DNA of 64,000 nucleotides from Octopus bimaculoides. Lineage: Eukaryota. The stretch spans positions 87,406,733-87,470,732 of the forward strand of contig NC_068985.1 of assembly GCF_001194135.2 (NCBI RefSeq). Reading direction: 5' to 3'. A program made the position numbers and the translations under genes. Position 1 is the stretch's first letter, and each line of letters starts with the position of its first letter. The notes below the pieces were generated by a model, which was given only the letters and a program-made list of their open reading frames with translations, made no database searches and had not been told where the DNA came from. Positions 12,725-25,397 of this stretch are shown piece after piece.

Positions 12725-14329
12725 AAAAACGCTTTATATGATTCTGATGTGGAAAAAACATTCCAGAGCTCGAGCAAAAAGATTTGGAAGTGTTAACTAT
12801 GTGCATGCAGCATATTTTATGAATGTTACCTTGAAAATTCTCAAAGAAAATAAAACAAGTGGAATTGCAACTGATGGAAGTAATCACAATTCAATAAAGT
12901 TATTTCGTTTAATCAGAACATTAACTGGAAGAATAGTTGTTAAGAGTCAAAACTGATTGAATTAGAGAACATATCTAATGAGACTGCAAACTCAATCACA
13001 AATTACTTAAAAAAAGAAACGGCGAAAAAAAATAGTTTCTGAGAAATGTATTGTATTCACAGGTAACACCAGTAATAAATGTTTGGAAGATTCAATGAAG
13101 ACGGTAATAATGTTTGCAAATTTGAAGAAAATGTTTCAAAAAAATTATTCAATTTGGTGTGGTGTCCAGTGTGTATTAAAAAGAAATCTATGATCGTCAT
13201 GCTACAGAAAGAAAGGATAATGATACTGAAAATTGTTTCTGTAAAATTTATCAGTGTTTTCATGTCTACACAGTTTGAAATTAGCAGCTTAAGAAGTATT
13301 TTGAATTTTTTGAGGTTGTAAAGGGGAATCCTCTCTCATGGTATAAAACTAGCTGGTTATTACTATTGCTTGACATCACCAGCTTAAAAGAGATTTTCTG
13401 CTATAATGTAATTCTTTTTTATATTCCATAATTAGTGAGAGACCGGTATTAAAAAATATATAATTCATCCGAAGATTAAAAGAAGAATGCATACTTAGAA
13501 ACTATTGCATAAATGTTGGAAAATGTAGTCTGCAAAACAAAGAAATCATAGCAAAAATGTTATGATTTATTCAGAAGGGGGAACCTGTAAATATTCCCAT
13601 TTTGTGTACGCTGCAGATTGCACGAAACACAACTTGATTTATGTTGGTTGTACAACAGAACAATTAAACAAAAGGTTGAATGGGCACAGATTCGACGTCA
13701 GGCACAAGAACAGTAGTTCAACAGAACTTGCTGAACATTTCGTTTCAAGCGGCAGCAGATTTGAAGAAGATTTTGAAAGTGCATATTCTGAAAAAATATT
13801 CTGAATCTACCTCACTTTCACTTCTCAGAATGTATGAGGAGAAATATGTTTGCGGGTTATTAACATCACGCCCTGNNNNNNNNNNNNNNNNNNNNNNNNN
13901 NNNNNNNNNNNNNNNNNNNNNNNNNNNNNNNNNNNNNNNNNNNNNNNNNNNNNNNNNNNNNNNNNNNNNNNNNNNNNNNNNNNNNNNNNNNNNNNNNNNN
14001 NNNNNNNNNNNNNNNNNNNNNNNNNNNNNNNNNNNNNNNNNNNNNNNNNNNNNNNNNNNNNNNNNNNNNNNNNNNNNNNNNNNNNNNNNNNNNNNNNNNN
14101 NNNNNNNNNNNNNNTTCTTTCTTTCTGCCTGTTATAAAACTTAAAAACTGATGTCATTCCGTCAACGTATGGACGCTGGTTACTCTCGTTCATAGTTTAC
14201 GTTTAAATTTCTGAAATTTTGAATTTTTAATCACCTTTTGTTTTGAACTTGACAAAGACAGACGTACTGTCGAAATATTGTTCAACGAATGAAGCATCTA
14301 TACAATCGAATCGCACTCTTCGTCTTGAC

Positions 14330-14330
<1 letters not shown>
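12725..14330 (+). mobile_element. Penelope-like element, degenerate RT end + GIY-YIG endonuclease + 3' region (interrupted by gap)
   Basis: ORF 13562-13804 TCKYSHFVYAADCTKHNLIYVGCTTEQLNKRLNGHR (GIY-YIG); frameshifted R-F-I-(D)-D-like motif near 12730 and RG(Y)P-like motif near 13325; ends in (TTA)n. Confidence 0.85.
14243..14285 (+). ncRNA. minimal type-I hammerhead ribozyme, degenerate core
   Basis: TTGAAC/GTTCAA stem I; core TTGACAA-A (vs CTGANGA); stem II GACAG/CTGTC; GAAA; palindromic ATAT stem III; lies at the PLE 3' end. Confidence 0.7.
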
Positions 14331-14380
<50 letters not shown>

Positions 14381-14744
14381 GATAATAATTTTATCTATTA
14401 CATGTACCGGGTTTGAAAATGTGGAGGTAGAGGACTTGTCGATTACATCACCGCCAGTGCCCAGTTGGTATTTATGTCATGGACCACAAAAGGTTACGAG
14501 GCTAAATCGATCTCCACGTAATTTGAACTCGGAATTTAAAGGGCAAGTAATTTACAGGTGAGGTAACGATTCTGACACCCAGCAATAATAACATTTGTTG
14601 CAAATTAAGGCACAAGGTCAGTGGTGTTGGGGGCACAGGTCAGTCGTCAAAATCACGTGATCTGGCAGTTCCGGCACCCGTAGCAGACAATTCTGTCTAC
14701 TAACGATATAATAGGAGTGCTTTTATGTGCAAAACATCCATACG

Positions 14745-15020
14745 AGAGATCCTTGAGGCACTCGGAGCACTAACAATCAAGTTCGAGTAATATGTCAAAA
14801 AAATCGGAATTTGTCATGAGAACAGAGCAAGCCTCAAAAACTGCTTTTTTGTGGACACCTAGAATTTTGAGATTGGTACGTGGATGCTACGATAATTAAC
14901 AACAAAATATCAAAACTTAAAATGTGTACAAAGAGACCCTGTGAGACTTCTGGCACAGGCTGCTGTCCGCTCTCACAGAATCAACCAGAGCAAACAAGAC
15001 TGAGTGCTCTGAAAAGTAAA
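14745..15020 (+). mobile_element. Dong/R4-clade non-LTR retrotransposon 3' end (family A)
   Basis: Translates as ALGALTIKFE*YVKKIGI..RTEQ..KTA, like an RLE-domain C-terminus; 3' UTR with ctgtgag/ctcacag stem; runs into (CAA)/(TAA)n. Confidence 0.6.
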
Positions 15021-15047
15021 ACAACAACAACAACAACAACAACAAAT

Positions 15048-15110
<63 letters not shown>

Positions 15111-15113
15111 TTA

Positions 15114-15180
<67 letters not shown>

Positions 15181-15193
15181 TATAATAATAATA

Positions 15194-15246
<53 letters not shown>

Positions 15247-15262
15247 TAATAATAATAATAAA
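15020..15262. repeat. (CAA)n/(TAA)n microsatellite
   Basis: Directly visible. Confidence 0.97.
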
Positions 15263-15600
15263 ATTGAGGTAACTTGAATGTGGAATCTAACAAAATACAA
15301 AGACCTGGAAATGGAGGTAACTCGAATGTGGAATCTAAAAACAGAAACAATTCCTATTATAGTAGGTGCCTTAGGTATAATAAAAAATATTCAGACAAAT
15401 ACGTAGCAAAAACACCAGGACTTACAAATATATATAAAATACAGAAAATTGCACTACTGGGCACTGCACACATCCTACGCAAAACACTTTCAATACAGTA
15501 ACCATAAGAGCACCACAGCAAACCACAGCACATACCCAAGGCGCACAGAGCTACGCTCGGTAGTGAAGTGAAAGCACGTTATAAAAATAAAACTACTGAA
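15262..15600 (+). mobile_element. Dong/R4-clade non-LTR retrotransposon 3' end (family B, well preserved)
   Basis: KYKDLEMEVTRMWNLKTETIPIIVGALG...QKIALLGTAHILRKTLSIQ*, RLE-domain C-terminus; 3' UTR ends 'actactgaac-aataataat'. Confidence 0.9.
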
Positions 15601-15617
15601 CAATAATAATAATAATA

Positions 15618-16935
15618 GTGATGAAATGATGTGACGAGGAAAGTTTGCTAGGACAGAAGGCATATAGTTGCCAAGTGGTGAAATGATGAAGACAATTCAA
15701 CCTCAATCTAACTATAAATACCTGGAAATACTAGAGACAGATGGAATCAAACACCACAACATGACGGAAAAGACAAAAAGAGAGTACTTGTAGCGAGTGA
15801 GAAAATATTGGCTTCAAAGCTGAATGTCGGCAACATTATTTCGGCAATAAACTCGCGCGTAGTCGCAGTCGTTCGGTATGGTGCTGGAATCATGAAGTGG
15901 ACAGAAGAGGAGCTAAAGGAGATGGACAGGAAGTCAAGAAAGCTCCTAACGATGCATAGAGCCCATTGTTCACGTGCAGTCATTGATCGCATATACATGA
16001 AGAGAGCAAATGGAAGAAGGGGAGTGATAGGTGTGGAAGACTGTGTGCGTATCGAACTGGAAAGCTTAGTGAGATACCTGTCCCAAAGTAAGGAAACCTT
16101 GCTAGCGATAATTAGGAACGAGGGAGTATTGAGAGCAGAGAAAAAAGGGAAAACATAGGTGGGATTGGCTGAGGAAAGGAACCCTAAAAAAAGAGACCAA
16201 GAGCAATATACTGGTGGTGCAAGATCAAGTTTTGGCCATGGATTGGAGGGTCAACCTTAGGAATGAGCAAGTGTCGCTGCTGTGCCGCATCTACAATAGA
16301 GTGGATGAAACCATTGCCCATATCACGAACAAATGCCCTCGACTTTGCCCCAAACCACTACAAATTGTGGCGACATGACCAAATTGCGAAAGTGCTACAC
16401 AGGAAAATGTGCGAAAAGTGGGGGCTAGAATGAGGAAAGACGTGGTATGAGCAGAAACCGCGGAGATTGGCGGAGTTGGAGGCTAGCAAAATCCTCTGGG
16501 ATTTCCCAATCCAAACAGATCAGGTGCTAGAGCATAACAGACCGGACCTAGAGGAGGTGGACAAGGTGCACCACATATGCTATATAGTTGATGTTGCATG
16601 CTCCTTTGACCCACGAATGGACAAGAAGGAAAGCGAAAAGATAGATACAACTCTCTTCAGTACGAAATAGCCCGGCTATGTAAAATGAAGAAGGTGAACA
16701 TAGTGTCAATTATTGTTGGGTCTTTGGAAACAGTATCAGAAGGCATCAAGAGGAATATAAAAGAAATTGGAATAGAGTGTCCAGTAGAACTGTTACAAAA
16801 GTTTACCTGCTTGGCACGACCTGAATGATCAGGAATGTATTAAGTAGCTGAAAAGAACGGATAACATGGTACCGTAAACTGCATGTCGTAAACCCGCTAC
16901 GTATGCAAGCTCCAACAAAACCTGTGATAAAGAGA
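15618..16935 (+). mobile_element. Dong/R4-clade non-LTR retrotransposon, 5'-truncated, degenerate (RT end, CCHC knuckle, RLE endonuclease; family C)
   Basis: YKYLE, ASKLNVGNIISAINSRVVAVVRYGAGIMKWTEEELKEMDRKSRKLL, CRI-Y..DETIAHITNKC, RHDQIAKVLH, KILWDFPIQTD..HNRPDL..IVDVAC; flanked by (AAT)n on both sides. Confidence 0.92.
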
Positions 16936-17169
16936 AATGATAATAATAAGACATGTCATTAGATTAATTATAAAAACTTACAAACAAATACTGACTTGAA
17001 ACTTCTAGTATTTTAACACATAAAACAACACATTATACAACAAACAACTCTACATCTAGCCCACGTTTTATGTTGAGTACTTTCCATACATTATTGCAAT
17101 ACAATGCAGCAAAGAAAACTGAAGGAAACAGATTACTAAAACAAATTACCCGATATATGCAAAAGCTCA

Positions 17170-17223
17170 CAGTAGTACTGTGAAAGCACGCAATAAACAT
17201 AAGACTACTGGAAAAATAATAAT
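17170..17223 (+). mobile_element. very short Dong/R4 family-B-like 3' end
   Basis: 'gtgaaagcacgcaataaacataagactactggaaaaataataat' resembles 'gtgaaagcacgttataaaaataaaactactgaacaataataat' near 15570-15610. Confidence 0.65.
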
Positions 17224-18278
17224 TTCTAAGTGAATCAGAATGGCATAGACTTTTGAGAAGAGCTTTGTTCAGTTTATTATCCCGAGTTTATTATATTTGA
17301 TTCGTACATATCTTATTAACCTCTGGCAAGATGAGAAAGCAAATAAATAAGCCTCGTTCGGATGCTTTATTCAGAATCTAAAGGGACATAACTAAATAAT
17401 GCAACAACGTTTTTAATTCATTGTTCTACTGCTTCTGCCATTCATTATCTACACGTCTGGATAACATCACAAAGCTGTTTTATGCAAAAACCATTTCCAA
17501 ACACACGGAACGGAAACTGGATTCCACGGTTTTTCACCTTGTTTTTATGTATTTTTTAAAGATCCTAACTCTATCTAATATATTTTTACTGACCCTCATA
17601 TCTAAAGATTTTAATTAATCAAACCAATAAATATTCATGAAATGCAACCTAGAAATGAGCTCGTTATCTAACTCTTTGTCATTGATGAAGAAGTATCTAG
17701 GATTTCTCTTTATGCCACTTTTGGGGAGGCATTTGAAAAAGTTCGTTTGATATCTCAACTGCATATAAATTACAAAGTTATGGGGGTTTCAGTTGATTGA
17801 TATTCCAGCATCAAAGGTAAACATTTAAAGGCACCAGCTTAGGTTATACCACTAAAGTCAAGTACAGTATTGATAATGTATCTAGTAAATGATCTGATAC
17901 TAATGACAGAGCAGTGGGAAAAGACAATTTCTGTCCAAACGGCATTATTATTATTATTATATTGGACAAATATTCCATAATTACAGTCAGATATCATAAC
18001 ATCGACATATCAGAAAACGCACTTAATTAAATTTTCTTTCTCCAGAGAATCCGATATATCTTCCTGACAAGCAACTAAATGTTGTTTGTTTTGAAAGATA
18101 TTACAGGATCTAAGGCATAGCAAATTGCAATAATACCCAAGCTGCTTTGTTTCATTGTTCATTGGTGCTACAATCAACACGGAGAAACAAAATTCATATA
18201 AGTGTATATGTGTGTATGCATGCACATATATAACTAGTAATAGTAGTATTGGTGGTGGTGGTGGTGCTGCTGGTGTTG

Positions 18279-18350
<72 letters not shown>

Positions 18351-18488
18351 TATGATGCTAGATGGCAGAATAAATAGAAAGTTTGTCAAAATACCTTTCA
18401 TTCTTTCGTAGTTGTTAAATTAAGCTGTGGTCAAGTATTATGGTTTGATTGAGTCAGATTAACCTCCTCCACTCTTTGTCTGTCTGTT

Positions 18489-18524
<36 letters not shown>

Positions 18525-18534
18525 NNNNNNNNNN

Positions 18535-18680
18535 GTAACTTAGCGGTTCGGCAAAACAGACCGATAGAATAAGTACTAGGCTTTAAAAAAAATAATACCC
18601 TGGGTCGATGTCATTGACTAAAACCCTTCAAGGAAGTGCTCCAGCATGGTCGCAGTCGAATGGCTGAAGTGAAAGATAAA
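18535..18680 (+). mobile_element. SINE 3' portion
   Basis: 'gtaacttagcggttcggcaaaacagaccgatagaataagtac...gtgctccagcatgg' also seen at 37495-37640. Confidence 0.7.
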
Positions 18681-19047
18681 AGATATACGCAAACGTATTT
18701 CTACACACACATAAATTCGTACACATACACGCATTACATATACATACACCAAACAACCAAGCTACACCCATATAAATACATTCAGTTAAGCAGAGAAACA
18801 CACACACACACGAGGAGGTGGTGGTGGTGGTGGCGGAGGTGGTGGTGGTGGATGTGGTGACACCATATACGATACCCCATATGGGCGACAATGAACTCGG
18901 TGCTTGCGTACCGAACGGCTGATGCGTCTGAGAATGAGTCTTCCATATATGTTTTTATATATCGTTGTAGATATACACATCACAAGCTCGCACCACCAGC
19001 ACCACTATCAGAATCATTAATATGACTCTCCCCGGTGCCGTGCTTAC

Positions 19048-19089
19048 CATTTTAATATTCATTGCCACTGCGACCAATGTACTTTATGT
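19048..19089 (-). other. candidate 42-nt exon or first coding exon ending in MNIKM
   Basis: RC ttttctgcattttag|ACATAAAG...GGCAATGAATATTAAAATG|gtaagc; all three frames are blocked upstream of the ATG. Confidence 0.3.
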
Positions 19090-19183
19090 CTAAAATGCAG
19101 AAAAGGAGACGACCGAACGAGATTTGAATGGGAGAGATAGAGAGAGAGAGAGAGAAGAAAAAAACAGTAAGCTGATGGAAGTT

Positions 19184-19193
19184 ATGACGTCAT
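19184..19193. promoter_or_regulatory. full palindromic CRE (ATGACGTCAT) next to a GGAAG Ets-like motif
   Basis: 'gatggaagttatgacgtcattg' in non-repeat sequence about 100 bp from the candidate exon. Confidence 0.4.
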
Positions 19194-19349
19194 TGTGATG
19201 ATAACCGAACCACCACCCCCTCCTTCTACAACCGATCTACTACTATATACCCGTAAACACCTGCACATCTACACACACATATACATACATATTCACACAC
19301 ATACATGCGTGAGCGCATTTTTATTAATATTTAGCAGACGTAACGGAGT

Positions 19350-19470
19350 GACTTAAGGTCTGACAGAAACGTTAGCACGCCAGGCAAAATGCTTGGTGGT
19401 ATTTCGTCTGTCTTTAGGTTCTGAGTTCAAATCCCGCCGAGGTCAACTTTGCCTTTCATCCTTTCATCCA
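19350..19470 (+). mobile_element. tRNA-derived SINE 5' half
   Basis: 'gacagaaacgttagcacgccaggcaaaatgc...ctgagttcaaatcccgccgaggtcaac' with B box. Confidence 0.8.
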
Positions 19471-20033
19471 ACTCTCCCCAATCAAACCCTCGTCAACGTT
19501 TTCAAGCTTCATCTGAGGAATGGCGGTAAAGAGGAAGGTACTCCCCCCCCCACACCAAAATGTAGTAAACCTTAGGTGTAGCCAGAGAATCTGGGACGTA
19601 TGCCTGAGTAGTTCTTGAATTATACCAAAATATTGCAGGAGAGAGTGAGGAATTTACAGGAGTGAATTTACAGAATTGAATATTGATCATGCAATTGCTT
19701 TTTCTTTTAATTAACCATTTTATTCCTACTGGTTAGAGTTGATCTTGCTTGCATCACCACAAACGTAGGCTCTAGTGTCATAAGAATGTTTTGAGGAATG
19801 TTGGTAGTTGCCCATGCATGCAGGTCTCCTCTCGCCATGTAACCAATGTTTATCCAATGGAATGGTCAAGCTGATACATCTTGGAAATAGAATAGTCATG
19901 ATACAGATACTGCAAGAAATCTTATTTGATCTTCTTGCAGTTCCACCAACACAACTCGTTCGTTTAGTATTTTTTATCGACTTCGGGAGAGTCAAAACCA
20001 AGCATTAACTTCAACAGTATTTGAACTCACAAC

Positions 20034-20250
20034 GGCGGCGAGTTGACAGAAACGTTAGCATGCCGGGTGAAGTGCTTAGCAGTATTTCGTCTGTTTTTAC
20101 GTTCTGAGTTCAAATTCCGACTAGGTCGACTTTGCCATTCATCCTTTCGGGGTCAATGAATTAAGTACCAGTTGCATACTGGAGATCGATCTAATCGACT
20201 GGCCCCCTCTTCAAAATTTTTGGGCCTTATGCCTAGAGTAGAAAATAATA
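20034..20250 (+). mobile_element. tRNA-derived SINE, near full length
   Basis: A-box-like 'ggcgagttgacag', B box GAGTTCAAATTCC, tail 'gcctagagtagaa'; inverse homologue of 12288-12676. Confidence 0.85.
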
Positions 20251-22220
20251 TTTGAACTCACAGCACGGGGAACCGGAACAGAATATCACGATGTTTTATC
20301 CTTTTAAACCATCCGCCAGTTTGTCTACCTTCGTATCTAACAGATTAATGTCAATCCTAGAGTTAACTCACACAGAAGGGAAGCGTGAGTGCAGGTTAAT
20401 TTTCTTTCTATCGATCCGTCGAACAAAATTCTGGCAGTTGTATTTATATATCTCTGCTCAGCAGCTTTACTAGCTACAACATAATGTCAGGCATTAGATT
20501 TGAACTTACAAAATATGTACTCCGGAACCATCGATATATTTTTGTACCATTCGAACGTTTTCAATAGTGGTGTTGAGACTTAATCTAAATGGAAAAAAAA
20601 TTCATTCTCACATTTACAGAATCTATTTCTATGTTTGTTGACATTTGAACATAGGCTATACATATCACCAAACAAACACAAAGAAAGAAAAAAAGACAAA
20701 CATTAGAAAATAGAAAGAAAATCTTAATTGTAAAGAAAAACAACTTGGAAATGGAATGGCAACAGAATGCCAAGTATAATTAAAAGGTGTAAATTGAAAA
20801 TTTAATAAATTTTACCAGAAATCCTTTCAGTCATATTTGCAATATCATTTTTGCAAATTTTTAAGAAAAGAAAAATTTTTTTCGCCTACAAATACACAAA
20901 TATGCAATATTTGATTTCTTAGATTTTATTAACAGAACATTTATGAATATAGTCTGTCCTCTTATTGAACATCATTATGTTTTATTAATAAATAATAGTG
21001 TATGTATTTATGTACGTAGCTACGTGTGTACACAAACGTATACGGATAGATGTGTGTATATATCGGCATATATGATTATACACACACACACACATACACA
21101 TAGACGTATACACATACTTTTACACAAATATTTGCGAACAAGGCTGAAAAACCTAATAAAGTTTATGCAAAATTTGAATATTGCTTTTGGCATTCGCATG
21201 AGTATATATGTAAATGTATATTAATGTGTGTACGAATGAGGGAACATTCTTGGAAAAATCCTCTAGGAATCCCGAGCAGTGTGATATAGAACCATGACTT
21301 TAGATTTAACTATGTACAGGAATTATTGACTCTAAGGACAAACTGGTAATAAAAAAGTGAACAAGTCGGCTGTTTTCATGAATTTATTTAACAGATTTTG
21401 TTTTGTTTACTTATTGGGTAAAGGAGTAGAACCATTTCTCTTCGAATGATCTTCTAAACCTGTGAGGTAATGCCATAAATATTCCTATTGAAGCGTTGAA
21501 ATTAACACAGAAGGAAAGGCATTGGGCGGGGGGGGGGTTATTCTAGAGAGCAGACGTTGAGGGTTTCATGAAACGGGTGCAGTGATTAGTGCAAAGTCGC
21601 TGAAGGTAGGGTTTATACAACAAATGTAATGGAAGGAAGGGAGACGCGTACGGTAGCAATATCTGAGTTGCGGTGACATGAACTAGCTCCGGGAAGTAGA
21701 AAACATTAAAGTAGTATCAGAAATGACAGAAAAAGATGACAACTGCATATTTGACGATTCTATAAAGTTTGTCTCTAAACGCCACACTCCTCTTGGCCAT
21801 ACAACGTACAAATATTTCCAAACACATCAACACTATACAATAATACATTCTCCTCTTGTAAACACACTTCCCCACTGATTATCTTACATTTTGTTGAGGG
21901 CGGCAGCAGCGTAGAGCTTCGCTCTCGGAATAAGAAAGTTGTACAACATATCAGGGAATATTTAAATGGGTTGGTCTATAACTACAAACGGGATCAAGAT
22001 GAACAGATGAAAGATTACAGATTTTTAAGTGTTAAATAAATACATACACAAACACGCACGCACACATACAGACACATATATACACACACACACACACACA
22101 TACATAGGACTTTCATTTTGCTGATTTTCGAGGACGAGTATGGTTCAAAATGATCGTATTGCGAACTATTAACTATTATCCATCTTTCAATATATTTGTC
22201 TACCTGTCTGTCTGTCTATC

Positions 22221-22289
<69 letters not shown>

Positions 22290-22296
22290 GTCTGTC

Positions 22297-22329
<33 letters not shown>

Positions 22330-22344
22330 CTGTCTGTCTATCTA

Positions 22345-22745
22345 TCGTCTCCTTAGCCGAACTGCAGTAGTGGATTAAACAGAGACCTAGGCTAGGTGAA
22401 TGGCACCGTGAGTGCCGCGTTGCTCTCAAGCAACTGTGCCGTCTGGGACCAAACTTGCGCAACTTTAATTCCACAAAAGCGTTCTATAGAGGATTAGTGG
22501 AAGAGAGGTGTGACGACGATCTTGGGCAGAAGCTGGGCGTCGACGAGGAACACCTGACCTGCCTATTCAGGACAACTTTCGGGCCGGGACCTATGGACAA
22601 CCACCAAAGATCCCTGGCCTGGCAGTGCTATCGAGAAGCATTACCCGTTCGGGATAAGCTGTACATGCACGGTTCTATACACACCGGACTGACCTGCCCG
22701 AGATGCGGTCAGAGTGACGAACCCGTTCTGCACGCACTCTTGAAG
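22345..22745 (+). mobile_element. Tx1/L1-clade LINE ORF2 C-terminal fragment (zinc-binding region)
   Basis: RSLAWQCYREALPVRDKLYMHG...TCPRCGQSDEPVLHALL, an L1/Tx1 C-terminal CCHC-type motif. Confidence 0.85.
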
Positions 22746-24172
22746 ACGTTGAGGAAATATTAAATATTATCAGGAGATGCCATATACGTTGGTGATCTTT
22801 CATCGTAATTCCTTGTATCTGTTGTCAAAAGTCTTGTTGAAGTCTACATAGCTGACTCAGAAAGCCTGCCGGAATTCTATGCACGGTTCCACGACTTTTA
22901 TAAGGGTGATGATTTTCTCTGCAAGAGTGGCTAGATTGAAATCCTGCTTTTCTCTCCATATTACATTAACGCCCTCTCCAACCCTGATCAGTAAAACAAT
23001 ACAGACAGATTTCCTTCAAATGGAATCGTAAAATCAGATATATTACCAGAATAAAAATACTGAGAAATTTGCAGAAGTGAGTTCCTTTAAACTGGAGAAT
23101 TAAAAAGTAAGATTGAAAGTCGTAACGTAACGTAAACAAAGTGAGTGAAATCTTCGATGGAACAAAAATAATTTCCTGTAAATTAAATAACAGTTTGTTA
23201 CATTGTAAAATAACGATTATTTCGACTTCTTCCACAGTTAAATAATAGTTTTCCACAAAACATAAAAAGTGAACATGAATACCATTGATTACGATTTTTT
23301 AGATTCACAACGAATGCAAACATTATGAATATTTGAATTATTTGAAAGACTATATGAAGTTAGGTTTTAGGTAAATAATTATGTTTCTATATACATATAG
23401 ACAGCTATTCATAAATATACATATGCACACAAAAATATATACATACAATCAACTTTTTATACTACTAATGTAAACAATTTTGAATGAACAAATGATGAAT
23501 GTATGGTTTATGTAGGCCGGTATCTTATAAATTATATGTACATATTTTATAAAATGTTTTCATTGTACTCCAATTATTATGAACGAATAAACAAATTAGC
23601 TCTGTTTTTTGTATTTCTCCCCCTTTACAATATTTTTCAAATTCAAACGTTGATATGTTATGATGAAATATTTCTAAGCCAGCTTTATGGAATCCATTAG
23701 CAGAGTGAAAGACAAATCTCTGGTGATTTGACGGTAATTTTAACTCATCTTAGAAACATCAATAGCTATGTAACTACTTCAAGCTTTAATTTTGTTTGTA
23801 TGTATAAATGCATGTATGGACATATATATATACATAAGCGCGCGCGCACACTTACACACACACACACACACACGTACATACATACACACCCACACATGTA
23901 TATGCAAAGTATATATGTTGTGTACGTAATAGTAATTTCGAAATTTCGACCGATATGAAACAAATAGTTTAAGCGATGGAACTCGAAGCAGAAAAATCTA
24001 TAAATAATAGCTTCTAGAATCTCTGGTTAAAAACCCCATTGCGCGGAAAAAATCGAAGAATGCATCTGACTCTTCCCATTCAAGGATATCATGATCCAAT
24101 ATTTGACATACATACATACACACATATATACACGTGAGAAACATTGAGAAAAGGCTTAAAATGCTTCATCTC

Positions 24173-24302
<130 letters not shown>

Positions 24303-25323
24303 GCACACCCACCCACACATACATACGAGTGAGTAGACAAACGAAAGAAAGGCACCCAACACATTTATTGGGAGTTACATGTAGGGGTTGAAACAGTTTG
24401 ATTCAGACTCCTTGGTACTCTGAGTTTCAAGCGGGTTGCTGGTCTTCGGCCACACGCTTATTTACCATGCGGTTTTTCCAAGTAATTGTTGTCGCTGAAC
24501 ATCAACATCAGACTGCGCTATCGGAGCGTACGTACACTTTGGTCTCTTATATGAAAGTATATATACATCTAAATTTTGTACGACACTCTCTTTTTATTCT
24601 TTCATTCTTTCCTTCTTTCTATCAGCCCTTTCACGCTTACTTCGTTCACTCCACTCTTCGTTCTTTGTTCCCCCTCTCTCACATTCCCTCGCCTTCTCTT
24701 CATGCTCACCTTCCCTCCCCTTTCACTTCACTGTGTTCATTTCATTTTTTTTTTCTCGCCCCTCCTTAATTCTTCTATCTCTCTGACTCTACTTCTCTCT
24801 CTTCTCTCCCTACGTGACTGGTGTTCGGCCAAGCCTGTCCTTTCTTTCTTGGTTCGACTAACATCTGTGCAACATCTCTATTCCTTCCTGTGCTTGTCAA
24901 ATCGTATGTCCCTGCCCTAAGGCTTTGCTTCCACACACACCAGTTTAATTTAATTCGTCCTTAGTCGAAAGACACCTGTTGTTATGTCCTGTTATTTGCG
25001 TTTGCATCTGTGTAACGTTCTCCGTTTTTTTCCGTTCTTGTTTTCGTATACCTTCGCCGCTTTCTTCCAAGGAATCTAATGTTCTTAGCTTAGTTCTTTC
25101 TTGGGGCTGTCCAGATTGGAGCAATTTCGAGTATAACCAGCCGAAATTGCAAAGATAATCTGGAACTCGACTGAGGAAAGAAAACTCCGAATGACTCGTC
25201 CTTGTTTTCTTTGTATTGTCTGTCTGGATGTCATGTCTCTTTTTTATATCATCTAACTGTTTGGATGTTTTGCGTTATTGTCCCATTTTTGTATTTTTTT
25301 CTACATACATACATACATACAGT

Positions 25324-25355
<32 letters not shown>

Positions 25356-25366
25356 TATATATATAT

Positions 25367-25397
<31 letters not shown>

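Noticed and set aside
18020-18120. Plus-strand acceptor ttttctttctccag
   Set aside because: No convincing donor or open coding frame follows
25165-25205. CTGAGGA...TCC-GAAT hammerhead-like motif in a repeat
   Set aside because: GAAA incomplete and no UH/stem I pairing
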